The notes below the pieces were generated by a model. That model was not told where the DNA came from. It was given only the letters and a program-made list of their open reading frames with translations, and made no database searches. From Neoconidiobolus thromboides FSU 785 (lineage: Eukaryota; Fungi; Entomophthoromycota), in contig MU626283.1 in assembly GCA_025603075.1 (NCBI GenBank), forward strand, positions 62,001-126,000: a DNA stretch of 64,000 nucleotides. The letters are read 5' to 3'. Numbering within the stretch: position 1 is the stretch's first letter; each line of letters begins with the position of its first letter. Both the position numbers and the translations under genes were made by a program. This document shows positions 1-11,335 of the stretch, one piece after another.

Positions 1-1955
1 TGAAAGTTATGCTAAACCATATATAACTCATGCCATTAAAAAAGGGATCCCATCTTTATTTTCAAATTTAAAAGATTTATATAAAAATGAAGAAAAGAAA
101 GAAATCATCATCAAAATTATTGAAGAGATTTACAACGAAAGTAAAAATAGTAAAGATTTAGAAGTTAATGGAAATGGTAAAACTCTGACAAAATAATGAA
201 TTGAATTATATATTTACTGAATTTGTTTTATTTAGGTACTTCAGCTGCTAATGAAATCATCTGGAGTGAATATTTTTTAGCTCAACATTATGATAAAATT
301 GGAGATCATCAAAAAGCGTTAGAATTTATTGAATTAGCTATTCAAAGGGAACCTAAAATGGTAGAATTATATATGACTAAAGCTAGGATTTATAAGGTAA
401 ATCGAATTAAAAAATACTATTTATTATTTAAAATATTATAAATTAATATTAATATATGATATATTAGCATCTTAAAAACATTGAAGTAGCTAGTGAAGTT
501 ATGGAAGAAGCAAGAAAAATTGATCTTGCTGATCGATATGTTAATACAAAATGTACAAAATATTTGTTACGTAATAATAAAGTAGAAGAAGCAGAAAATA
601 TTATTACTTTATTTGTTAGAGTAAGTTGAAGAATTAATTTATAATTCATAATTTATATGGATAATAATATATTAAACTGATTCTTTTTTATAGCCTGATT
701 CCAATGACAAATTAAATGAATTAGCTGAAAATCAATGTTTATGGTTTGAAATTGAAGCAGCTAAATCTAGATATCGTCAGAATCAAATTGGCTTAACATT
801 GAAAAAAGCTCATTTAATTGCTAAAGTAAATTGATTTAAATTCTCTATTATTATATAATGTTTAATATTTTTTAGCATTTTAATGATTTTGAAGATGATC
901 AATTAGATTTCCATGGTTATTGTATGAGAAAATCAACTGTTCGTCCATATTTAAGGTTATTATTATAATATATTAATTAATGCTATTATTAATTTAATTT
1001 AATTTAATTTATAGAGCTTTAGTATTTGAAGATAAACTTTATTGTAATAAAACTTATCTTCAAGCAGTAGAATTGGCTGCTAAAGTAAATATTATAATTA
1101 AATTTAAAAATCAAAATTAACAATTATATTTTTAGTGTTATGTTATGATAGCTGAGAATCCAGAAGCAGCTAAAAATGCAGATAATCCAGAATATGGTAA
1201 ATTTTAATCTTTTTTATATTAAATTGCAATATAGTTTTTATATAATGTATTAACTTACTTTCATTATAAATAGCTAAGTTAAGTGCAGCTGAAAAGAAGA
1301 AATTAAAATTAAAACAAAAGAAAGCGTTACAAAAATCTAATCAAGAAAATGAAAAAAACAATGAGCTTACAGGGAAAAATGGTAAGTTAAATTAATATTA
1401 TTGTTACAATTTTAATAAGTTGTTTATTTTTATTATTTTTATTTTAGAATCCAAAAAAGATGAAGATCCAAAAGGTTTAAAATATTTTTCAGTAAGCTTT
1501 GGAAAAATTAATAATTTATCAATATTTATAATTTATTAATATTTATTAAGATTCAAAATCCCCTTGAAGAAGCATTTAAATTAATTAAACCAACACTTGA
1601 ATTTGAGGATTTAACATTATCTTATGTTCAAGCTTGTTTTGAAGTATTAATTCGACAAAGTAAGTTTTATTTATTATCTTATCTTATAAAAAGATTATAT
1701 TAACGATTTATATTATTATTAGATAAATTTCTTCTCAGTTTAAAGATGATATTAAAATCTATTAAATTAGATTCTAAAGATGCATTAATTCAAGAACAAC
1801 TTAAAAAATTCATAGAATGTTTTAATGAAATTAAAAAACAAAAGAAGACACCTGAATATTTAATAAATACAGTTGAAAATCAATTGAAGAAGGTAACTGT
1901 AGATTATCCAGAATATCTAGATATAGTTGTTGGTTTACAAGGATTGGAGATTTAA
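1..1955 (+). CDS. NAT1: NatA N-terminal acetyltransferase auxiliary subunit (3' part, multi-exon, 5' truncated by window)
   Basis: Exons read KGIPSLFSNLKDLY; YFLAQHYD..ALEFIELAIQREPKMVELYMTKARIYK|HL; EEARKIDLADRYVNTKCTKYLLR; ENQCLWF; DDQLDFHGYCMRK, all diagnostic of NAA15/Nat1. Canonical GT-AG introns; stop at 1953-1955. Confidence 0.95.
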
Positions 1956-2156
1956 CTAAGTGAAAAATTAAAATATGAAGGTATGGGATTATATGTTGAT
2001 GTGACTTTTTAATGAATAAAATTATTAAAAGTAATACACCTTTATTTGATTATTATTATTATAAATTTAATTTAATAGGAAATTATTTTATTTGAGTTAA
2101 AAGTAAGTTTATAAAATAATTAGAAATGAAGTTAAATTATTTTTTATTGTTTTATT

Positions 2157-2272
2157 ATATAAGGGGCTGTTTTTTTCCGTTTCATTACTTTTCTATTTTT
2201 AACACTATTTGAGTTAAAAAATTGTTAGTAAAATTCTTAAACAGAAAAATATATCTACAATACATCCTCATT
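2157..2272 (+). mobile_element. MITE-like TIR element, copy 1 (orientation A; right end partly duplicated)
   Basis: aaggggctgttttttt..ttcattacttttct..ctatttgag..attgttagtaaaattcttaaac..tacatcctcat matches the family consensus. Confidence 0.8.
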
Positions 2273-2283
2273 TAATGAATTTG

Positions 2284-2387
2284 ATTTGAAGATGTATTTT
2301 TGTCTAAGAATTTTACTAACAAATTTTCCACTTAAATAGCGCTTAAAAAATGGAAAAAATAATGAAGTCAAAAAAACACTCCCATTC
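2284..2387 (-). mobile_element. MITE-like TIR element, copy 2 (orientation B; inverted partner of copy 1)
   Basis: gatgtatttttgtctaagaattttactaacaaattttccacttaaatagcgcttaaaaaatggaaaaaataatgaagtcaaaaaaacactcccat is the reverse complement of the consensus. Confidence 0.85.
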
Positions 2388-2461
2388 AATAGCTTGAGAA
2401 TGTATTTTTTAATTTTATTTAATTTTATTTATTTTAAGTATATTGCTACTTTGAGAATCTA

Positions 2462-2520
2462 TTTTATTATTATTATTATTATTATTATTATCATTATTAT
2501 TATTGCTATCATTATTATTA
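2462..2520. repeat. (ATT)n microsatellite, imperfect
   Basis: Run of attattatt with a few atc/gct interruptions. Confidence 0.85.
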
Positions 2521-3524
2521 TAAAGTCATTCTTATTAAATTATTTTAATTAATAATTATTAAAAGTTATTTTGATAAAGTTAAAGTTGGAATAAAATGAA
2601 GTTATCTTTTTAATTTCATCATAGAAGTTTTTTTATTTAGATAATCTTATAAATATAAATAAACTTGATAGTTGTAATTATTTGTTAACTAAATAATTTA
2701 ATACATTTTAAGATTTTAATTCAAAAGTGTAATTAGATAATTCCTTATTATTTTGTCTAGGGATAATGAAACAACATTTAATTTAACCCAGACAAATTAC
2801 TATGAGCAAAAACTTTCTTAATCTCAGTAAAATATCAATATTCCTTTAAATTTGTACTGAAATAATGAGATTCTATCACTATAATATAATAAAAAAAGCC
2901 TTTTAAAACTCATCATTCTTTTTATTGCACTGTTTTTCAGTTTTTTTAAATATTCTAATAATAAAGAGTAATAATTAAAAAAATTATTCCTAAAATAACT
3001 ACCACTGTTAATAAAATGTTCTCAAACTGAATCTATTTCATATCAACTTCTGAAACAATGGCTTGTAATTTTTCAAACTACCAATAATGACCTAATTTTT
3101 ATTATTTTATTTTAAACCAGTAATTTTATTATCTTAATTCAAATTAATATCTTATTTATTTTAATAAACAATCTAACTTAAAAAAAATTATACAATTTAA
3201 TGTTACATTCTGTTTTATTTTTAAATAGTATATAGAACAAATAGAATCTTTATTCTCACCTCTTTTGCTATCACGCGACTTTATAACCTGCTTTTCTCAA
3301 CGTCAATCAAATAACTCTTGATTCATGATTTAGAATCATATTAACTTGAGTAACATTGTGGAGCATTCCGTTGAACCAATTAGATTTGAGGTTAGATAAA
3401 ACTAAAATCTAGTATAAAATCAAACTAAATTTAATTTTATATTAATTTAATTTTTTTAAAAAGAAAATTTGTTATTTATTTTCATTATTATTATTACAAG
3501 CCAACATCAATTATCAATTCAAAT

Positions 3525-3785
3525 ATGTTTAAAAGAATTTGTATATTTTTCTATCTGTTACTCACCGTATTTTCAATCCCTTTACTATTACCCAGGAACT
3601 TAAATGATTTTCAATCAGGTTGTAGTACTGGTATAAAAAGTATAAGATTATTAAATGGTAGGAGTAATGAAAAAGAATGGAAACTAATAACAGAATCAAA
3701 TCAATCTTATTTTAATATGGATTTATTTACAACTACTCAAGGTCAAACATTACTATGGAATATTTTGGATTTCTTATCTTTTTAA
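3525..3785 (+). CDS. Possible small secreted protein (86 aa), unknown function
   Basis: ATG in aaatATG context; hydrophobic N-terminus MFKRICIFFYLLLTVFS resembles a signal peptide. No recognisable domain. Confidence 0.4.
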   Translation: MFKRICIFFYLLLTVFSIPLLLPRNLNDFQSGCSTGIKSIRLLNGRSNEKEWKLITESNQSYFNMDLFTTTQGQTLLWNILDFLSF

Positions 3786-3992
3786 AAATCAAATAGTTTT
3801 GAATTTTTGCTAAAAAAAACAAGCATATCTTTTTTATTTAACTGTGTTAAAAAGCCCCTTTTTATTCTCTTATGAATTCTACTTTCTATATTTCTTTTAT
3901 CTTGTATTTACTTATAAATAAAAAATGGCAATTAAATTTCACTTTATATAAATATTTTAAAATTATATTATTTTATTATTTTTATTTTAACC

Positions 3993-4101
3993 TATGAAAC
4001 TGTTTTTTTAGTTTTTTTAGTTTTATCATTTTTTTCATTTTTAAGGTGCTATTTAAGTGAAAAAATTGCTAGTAAAATTACCAAATAAAAAAACCACATA
4101 T
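3993..4101 (+). mobile_element. MITE-like TIR element, copy 3 (degenerate, A)
   Basis: tatgaaactgttttttt..ttaaggtgctatttaagtgaaaaaattgctagtaaaatt..aaccacatat. Confidence 0.7.
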
Positions 4102-4168
4102 TAAAATTAGTATAGTGTAATTATTATCAAATTCATTTCTAGTATTAAAATTTATATATTCTACATTG

Positions 4169-4274
4169 TATGGGGATGTCTTTTTTGACTTCATTATTTT
4201 TTCCATTTTTTAAGCGTTATTTAAGTGGAAAATTTGTTAGTAAAACTCTTAAACATAAAAATATATCCCTATAT
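4169..4274 (+). mobile_element. MITE-like TIR element, copy 4 (A)
   Basis: tatggggatgtcttttttgacttcattattttttcc..taagcgttatttaagtggaaaatttgttagtaaaactcttaaac..atatatccctatat. Confidence 0.88.
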
Positions 4275-4300
4275 ATTATATTATATTAATAAATTTTTAT

Positions 4301-6259
4301 TTAAAACCCAAAATGAAATTGATGTTCAAAACCACCACCTTGATGACTTCCATGACCTCCTTTTTGAAAGAAAAACTGGAATGGATCACCACCTGAAAAT
4401 GGATGTCCATGACCACCAAATGGATTCTCATTATGTCCATGACCACCAGTAGGATCATTTGGATCATCTCCTTGATCAAATCGAGCTTTTAATTCTATAT
4501 TAAAATAATTATTATTAATCTTAAGCCCATAGAAATAAAATAAATAATTTTATTTTTACCTTCATTTGATAATACTTCGTAAGCTTGATTTAATTCTGCC
4601 ATTTTCTTTTCAACTTCTTCTTTTGGTAAATCACCACGATAAGTATCTGGATGCCATTTTCTAGCTAATTTTAAAAATGCTTTTTTGATTTCTTTTTGTC
4701 CTGCATTTCGCGACACTTGTAAGATTTTATAATAATCTTTTTGTTTACTTTGTTTAAGTTTAATTTGTGCATTTCTTAATTTTTCTTTAATCTAATACAA
4801 ATATAAAAGTTAGTTAAATATTATTTGTTATTTAATTGTTACTCACCTTTTTATCTCCTTCTTTAATTTCATTAGCTTTCTTTAAATCTTGAATTGCTTC
4901 TTCATATTTTTCCATTAGTATATATACTTCAGATCTAGCTACTAAGGGTATTGAAGATTCTGGTTGAAGTTCAATTGCTTTTGTACAACTATCAATACTT
5001 TTTCCTTTATTTTTAAGCTAAATAATAATTACTTAATTATAATAATAATATAAATAATATTATAACTTACTCTTTGATTAGCAATACAACTATAAATGTA
5101 CAATTTGCCCATTAATTGATTTGGACCGAAATCTGTAGCACCAATTTCATTAACAATTTCCTTTAATTTAGCTTCAATAGAAATTAATAAACCATCATTA
5201 TTATCATTATCTAAAATTTCATTAATTTCTTTCCAATCTTTCTTTTTATAAAGTGTTTGTAAGTTGGCCATTTGTTTTTCACTCTTTTTAATTTGTTTAA
5301 ATAAAGCTTTAAACTTTTTAGAATCCGGATCATAATGCAATATCTTCTTAACATTTTTGATAGCTGCATCGAAATCATACATTATATAATAATTAATTAG
5401 AGTTAATTTTTGTAATGTTTCTTGATCTAAAGGAGATAATTGAATTACTCGACTATAAATAATAACAATAATTAGTTATTTATAGCATATTAATCTAATA
5501 AGTAACTTACGTCCAATCACCAATAGCTTCTTCATATAAATTTTGAGAAATAGCTGAATAAGCCCTTTTTTTACGTAATTCTAAAGCTTGTGGAGCTACC
5601 ATTAATAGAAATGAAAATGTTTCCCCTGCCGATTTAAATTCTTTGTTTTGTAATTGTTTTTCACCAACAGAAACTAATTGACTTGCTTCAGTTACTTTTT
5701 CTAACTAAAATAATAAAGACCGTTATTATTATTACTTGATATCAATATAATAAAATAACTACTTACCAATTCAATAGTATCTTGATGTTGTTCATTAGTA
5801 CTTAAAAATTGTTTCAAATCTTTAATAGCCAATTCAAACTCGCCTTTTTTAGCATAAATTTTACCACGTTGCAAATAAGCCTAATTTCAAAATTAATAAA
5901 TAACTAAACTATCAATAAGACATTAACTAACCTGATTAAAATCGGGTTTAATATCCAAAATAGAAGAAAAATCATCAATAGCTTGTTGATTTCTACCAAG
6001 AGTAACTAAAGCAGTGGCGCGTTTAAAATAACTTAGATAGTTTTTTGGATCAAGTTCTAAAAGTAATTTGTTAGATTTAAAGATTTCAAGGAATAAGTTT
6101 TTAAAATTTACCTATGGCATTATTATAAGCTTCTAAAGCATCAGTAAATTGACCTTGAGATAAAAAAGAGTTAGCTTCAGTTAACCATTGTTCACTATTT
6201 TTTTCACAATTAGTCAATTGAAGTTGAAGTAATAACAATGAAAGTATATGGAATCTCAT
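4301..6259 (-). CDS. DNAJC3: ER co-chaperone with TPR repeats and C-terminal J domain (DnaJC3/P58IPK/Jem1-like), multi-exon
   Basis: Signal peptide [18 protein letters not shown]; TPRs ([17 protein letters not shown]); J domain [31 protein letters not shown]; last exon [25 protein letters not shown] (stop 4301-4303). Confidence 0.93.
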
Positions 6260-6374
6260 TGTTTTAAAATAATAACAATAATAAAATTAAAAGAATAAAA
6301 AATTGAAATAACAGTCATATTGTAAATTTAATTTATAGTTTGAGGAAAGTTTGGTAGCTAATTTTTTTTATCAA

Positions 6375-6384
6375 TAGCCAATCA
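6375..6384. promoter_or_regulatory. CCAAT box upstream of DNAJC3
   Basis: TAGCCAATCA ~115 nt upstream of the ATG. Confidence 0.45.
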
Positions 6385-7084
6385 TTTTTTACACTTTTGA
6401 ATTTTTGTTAATATTAGCAAATTATATTCTTTGTTCATAGTTCTTAACTAACTTAATTTCCAATCTTTTTAAACCACATAATCGAAATTGATTAAACTTT
6501 AAAAGCCAAGAATGACTATTGGCTTAATAAATTAAATCATTTGTTATGGAAATTAATTGAAGCATGATCTGATTAATCTAAGCTTTATTTCTTAGTCTAA
6601 AATTAATCAAAAAAGTAAGTTTATTAACTTTTCCGTTATTATCAACTATCAAAATGGACAAGTCTTTAGAATTCAAAGCAAATAATTTAAGCTAACTGTT
6701 TTCAACAGTTTTTATAATCATAATTATACTATCAAAAAAAAAAAGAAAGGGATTAAAGCAAATCAATATAATAAATTTAAACAAAAATCTAAATACAAAT
6801 ATAAAATTTATTTTATTGTTTCTTAATTTTATAACTCAACTCAGAATAATTCCTCAACTCTACCAACCAATGTTTGAAACTAAAAGTTAATTATGAAAAA
6901 ATGGATCAGCTAACTTTATAAAGTAGTACAAATTAATTTTTTAACTATTAATTCATATTTGGAAAGCATTATTTATTCAGTGTAGTAACTAAAGGTTATA
7001 ATAAACTTAATTCTATTGTTTATCAATATATAACATCTAGTTTATCAGCTATCTTGATCTTATTTCACTTTAACAAATGCTACT

Positions 7085-7900
7085 CAGTTGATGAGCTTCT
7101 ATGACTTGGATTGGGGTTATAGAGGCGTGATCTTGCATGAAGTAGGAGTTCATCTCTGATGAAGCTACTGTTTGTATATTTTTCAAGTGAAGTCTAAAAG
7201 TATAATAAGTAATTTTCAAAATTGGTGTATACTTTTACCTAAGTTAAGCTGATATAATTCTTATCAAGCTTTACACCTTGAAGTTTTTAAAAGGTTAGCT
7301 ATATCATGGAAAGTTTCAAATTCAACAACCCTATAAATCCAATTAATAAACTTATTAAATAGTTATTAAATTTACACTTTTTTTGAGCAACTTTCACCAA
7401 GAACAATATTTGAAATTTCTGCAGCGATTTCTACAGAAGCTTGAATATCTTAATAACGTTTTAGGTTGAATTTTTACTATTAGGTTATTATACTGCTTTG
7501 AAATTTGAATTGAAAGGGTGATTTCTAAGTATAGTTCCATTTTAGGAATATACATAACACCGTTATTCTTTACTAAAAAACTAATATTTTAATTTTAATC
7601 TTTTTTAGTTCCTACTAATAAATTCTCCTTTTTATCATTCTTTACGAAAGGCGGAATACTTGATTGATCTATTAACATGTGTTAACTTTTGTACTAAATA
7701 TTATAAATTATTTTTTCCCGAAAAATTCTAAGTCATTGAGTTTATAACTGCAAACTTCAACATCTTTAGCATGGCCAAAATCCAACATTCAAGCAAAATT
7801 AAGATATATACTATAAAGCAGGATCATTATGGAGACCAATCTTCAAAACTTCTCCATAAGAAATGAGAAATTTTTCAACGTTTTTCTGTACAACTCCGCT
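7085..7900 (-). pseudogene. Probable decayed two-RRM RNA-binding gene
   Basis: Broken frames read VEKFLISYGEVLKIGLHNDP / FA*MLDFGHAKDVEVCSYKLNDLEFFGKK and SKK|GVVEFETFHDIANLLK (RNP1-like), with two intact GT-AG intron-like segments plus stops and frameshifts. Confidence 0.4.
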
Positions 7901-8191
7901 AAGTAAATAATCAATATATACACGTGATAGGTTTTTTTAAAAGCAGCATATTTAGTTAAAAATAAATAGGCAAAATAAGTACAGAAGGATGGCTGGGGAA
8001 GAAAAAGTCAATTAGGGGACGCAAGCATCCCTCAAAAGCTAAGATATTTTGAAAAGTATTACAAACTTATGCTAGTCAAGGTATTTAAATGACGTAACAT
8101 ATATTTATTGCAACCATACTTTGAATTATGAGTGTTGTTATCTAAACAAAAATAAGGAGTAAGTCCAATTAGTTTTGAAAAGGTATGCAAT

Positions 8192-8297
8192 TACATACGG
8201 ATGTATTTTTTCGTTTAGGAGTTTTACTAATAGCTTTTCCACTCAAATAGTACTTAAAAAATAGAAAAAGTGATAAAACCAAAAAAACACCCCATAT
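8192..8297 (-). mobile_element. MITE-like TIR element, copy 5 (B)
   Basis: ggatgtattttttcgtttaggagttttactaatagcttttccactcaaatagtacttaaaaaatagaaaaagtgataaaaccaaaaaaacaccccatat. Confidence 0.85.
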
Positions 8298-8668
8298 TCT
8301 AGCATATATTTACAATTTTATTTGTATGATTTATAAGATAAGTTTATATTAAATATCAATTCACTCAATGTCAAAGCTTTTCTTTAAACAAATGGAAATT
8401 AATAAGTTTAAAAAATATAGATGGGCACACATTTTATTTCAAGCTTTAACTGGTACTTTAATTTAATTTATTCAAAAAATGACCATAATATTAACAAGAA
8501 AGATTTATATTATAACATCTTGTGTTTAGTTTTGGACATTAATCTCAAGCATTAATAGCAGTGCCCTAAATTTAAACGCAAAATGTTATGGTATATAAAC
8601 GATAGCAAAAACCAAATTAAAAGACTTAACAATCTCATCAAAATAACAAAATAAAACATTAAAAAACT

Positions 8669-9988
8669 TTAATTTTTAACATCTCCACTAGTTCCCTCTT
8701 GACTTTCCCTTTCCTTTTTTCTAAGAGCTCTTTTGCGAGTGGATACCATTTGATCTAAAAAAGACCATCAATATCATTAAATAATAAAATAAATATTAAA
8801 CTTACCCTTATTTAAAAAGATCCAAAAGTCTAAGTTAGCAAAATTAGAAGTAAGTGCATGAATAATAGCATGTGGGAAATAGGGAGTTGAATTATTAGGG
8901 ATATTAGAACCACCTGGGACACCAATCTTATTCAATACAGTTTTAGCAAAAGATTCAGCTGTTGGAATAAGGAAAGAAGATTTTTTAAATTTAGATAATT
9001 TAGAAACCACAAAATAAGGGATGATATTAGTAACTAAGATCTTATCTTTTTCCAATTCAGGTCCTAAAGCTGCTGAAAAAGTTTGTAAAAAGGATTTACT
9101 ACTTGAATAAGTAGTCAATAAGGGGGTAGGGATTAAACCAGCAAAAGAACCAATATTCATAATTAAACCTGAATAATCACTACTATTAGTAGCCTTCTTC
9201 ATTACTGGTATAATTAATTTGGTCATAAATAAAGTTCCATAAACATTGATATTCAAGATATCTTCAATTTCGCTATCTTCTTCTTCTTCAAGGTATTTAG
9301 GATGTTCGTGACTTTTACCAACATTGTTAACTATAAAGTTATTAGCTCAATTTATTAAATGCTAATTTTACTTACTTAAAACATGGATAGGTAAATCTTT
9401 AATCAATTGTTTTACAGGTTCAAATTTAGCTACTCCAGGTTTAGCGAAATCCAAAGCTAAAGTTTTGATTTCTACCTCGTTGTCTTTACCTAATAAAAGT
9501 TGTTATTTATGTTATTTATTATCGCAGTTTTACAGCTTACTTATTTCCTCTTTAAGTTGATCTAACTTGGATTGAGTACGAGAGATTAAGACTAAATTAA
9601 ATTTCTCTTTAGCAAGTAATAAGGTTAACTCTTTTCCAATTCCATCAGTACATCCAGTAATTACTAATATCTAAGCTTAGTTTAATTTCTAAAATAAAAA
9701 CTTTCTATTTACCTGCCCATGCTCCAGTATTGGCGCCGAATTCTTTAATCTAAAAGCTTAGTTATTGAAAAGTTTTTAATGTGCTAAGTGAACAAATTAC
9801 ATTCTTTCCTGGTGCAATATAGCAACTAAAGATGGTACCGACGATAGGTAAAATTTTATAACAAATATAAACCAATCCGAAAAATTTCAAGGCTTGACTA
9901 ACAAGTTCATTTTCTAAAATTCCTAGAGTAATGTATTATATTGATTTCTTATACTTCTAAATTGCAAAGTACCATATAAAATATCCAT
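8669..9988 (-). CDS. IFA38: Very-long-chain 3-oxoacyl-CoA reductase (SDR, KAR/HSD17B12 family), multi-exon
   Basis: N-terminal TM segment; [11 protein letters not shown] Rossmann motif; NNVG; YSSSK catalytic YxxxK; [10 protein letters not shown]. Last exon ends [14 protein letters not shown]. Confidence 0.92.
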
Positions 9989-10223
9989 TTTATAAAAAAA
10001 AAGTAACTTTAAAAAATATAAAAAATTCGAGTTTTAAGATGACTCAATAATTATAGTTTAAGCCAATAAAAGATAGCCTTGTAGTTAAGATAAAAGGAAT
10101 GTTATTATTCCATAAATTTAAAGGGATGATTAGTCATTTGAAATAAATTATAACTACCTAAAATACAATAAATAGATAAAACAGTAATAAAATCAACCAC
10201 ATTATTAAAAGAAAACAAAAATT

Positions 10224-10826
10224 TTATTCAACTAAAGCCACACATTCAATCTCAACTTTAACATCCTTAGGAAGACGAGCAACTTCAACAGCTGCACGAG
10301 CTGGACGGTGTTCACCAAAGTGCTATTAAACCTATAAATAAAAGTACTAAAAAAAATCAAAATCTCTTACCTCAGCATAAACTTCATTCATTTTAACAAA
10401 GTCATTCATATCCTTTAAAAATACAGTAGTTTTAATTACTTTGTTAAAGTCAGAGTCAGCAGCCTTTAATACTTGTCTTAAATTTTTCAAACTTTGATGC
10501 TAGATTTTAAAAATTTAAATTTAGAATTATTATTCATTTAATTCAATAGCTATATAACTTACAGTTTGGCTAGTAATATCTTCTGGAATACTACCATCTT
10601 CTGGAACTACAGGAATTTGACCAGATACAAATACAAAACCATTAGCTTTGATGGCTTGGGCTATATGGAAATTGGTGTTACTGTTGTTGATATCAGTAAC
10701 ATTTTAAAATTATGACTTACAATATGGTCCAATAGCTTTAGGAGCTAGTTCGGTATGTACTACTTTTAAATTTGACATGTTACGTACTTGAGTTTTAAGA
10801 CTACGAATGATACTAGTTGCAAACAT
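10224..10826 (-). CDS. MMF1: RidA/YjgF/Mmf1-Hmf1 family enamine/imine deaminase, multi-exon
   Basis: APKAIGPY|[53 protein letters not shown]-terminal Arg/Ser-rich extension. Confidence 0.95.
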
Positions 10827-11335
10827 TAAAACAAAGTTTAAATATACTTTTCAAGCTTATGTCATCTTTTTACTTTGACTAAACTCGGTGGTAGGTAACG
10901 CTATCTTATTGGTTGCAATTAATTTTCTAAAAGTACTAAAGAACAAAACTGGGTCAATTTATACCCACGGTGCAACATTTTTTTAGAAAAGTGTAACCAA
11001 AGCTAGAAAAATGCTTTAAAACACTGGAGATTAAACATTATAAGCAAAAATTTAACAAAATAGTGATTTTAGTATTTTGTTGTTTTTGGTAAGTTTTTTA
11101 CTTGTTATTGCCAACTGTTAGAGTTTATATATATATTTCAAAAGGATATAATTGCAAAAATAGTAAATTATGCATAAACAGGATGAAAATGAAGGTTATC
11201 CCTTCTATAGAAAATCAATAGATTATTTCTTAAATTTTAAATTTTGAATACAAAAAATTATTTTCAATATTAACTAGGCATTTAAGTCCATTCAAATAAA
11301 AAATTACAATTTAATTAATATGATATAAACAAGAA

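Noticed and set aside
8014-8032. GC-rich mini-hairpin AGGGGACGCAAGCATCCCT as an ncRNA
   Set aside because: The stem is short and imperfect, with no snoRNA/snRNA boxes or terminator.
11140-11155. ATATCCTTT (minus strand) and GTATCCTT (30534) as U12-type donors
   Set aside because: Both are intergenic with no TCCTTAAC branch site. All introns I could model are U2-type GT-AG.
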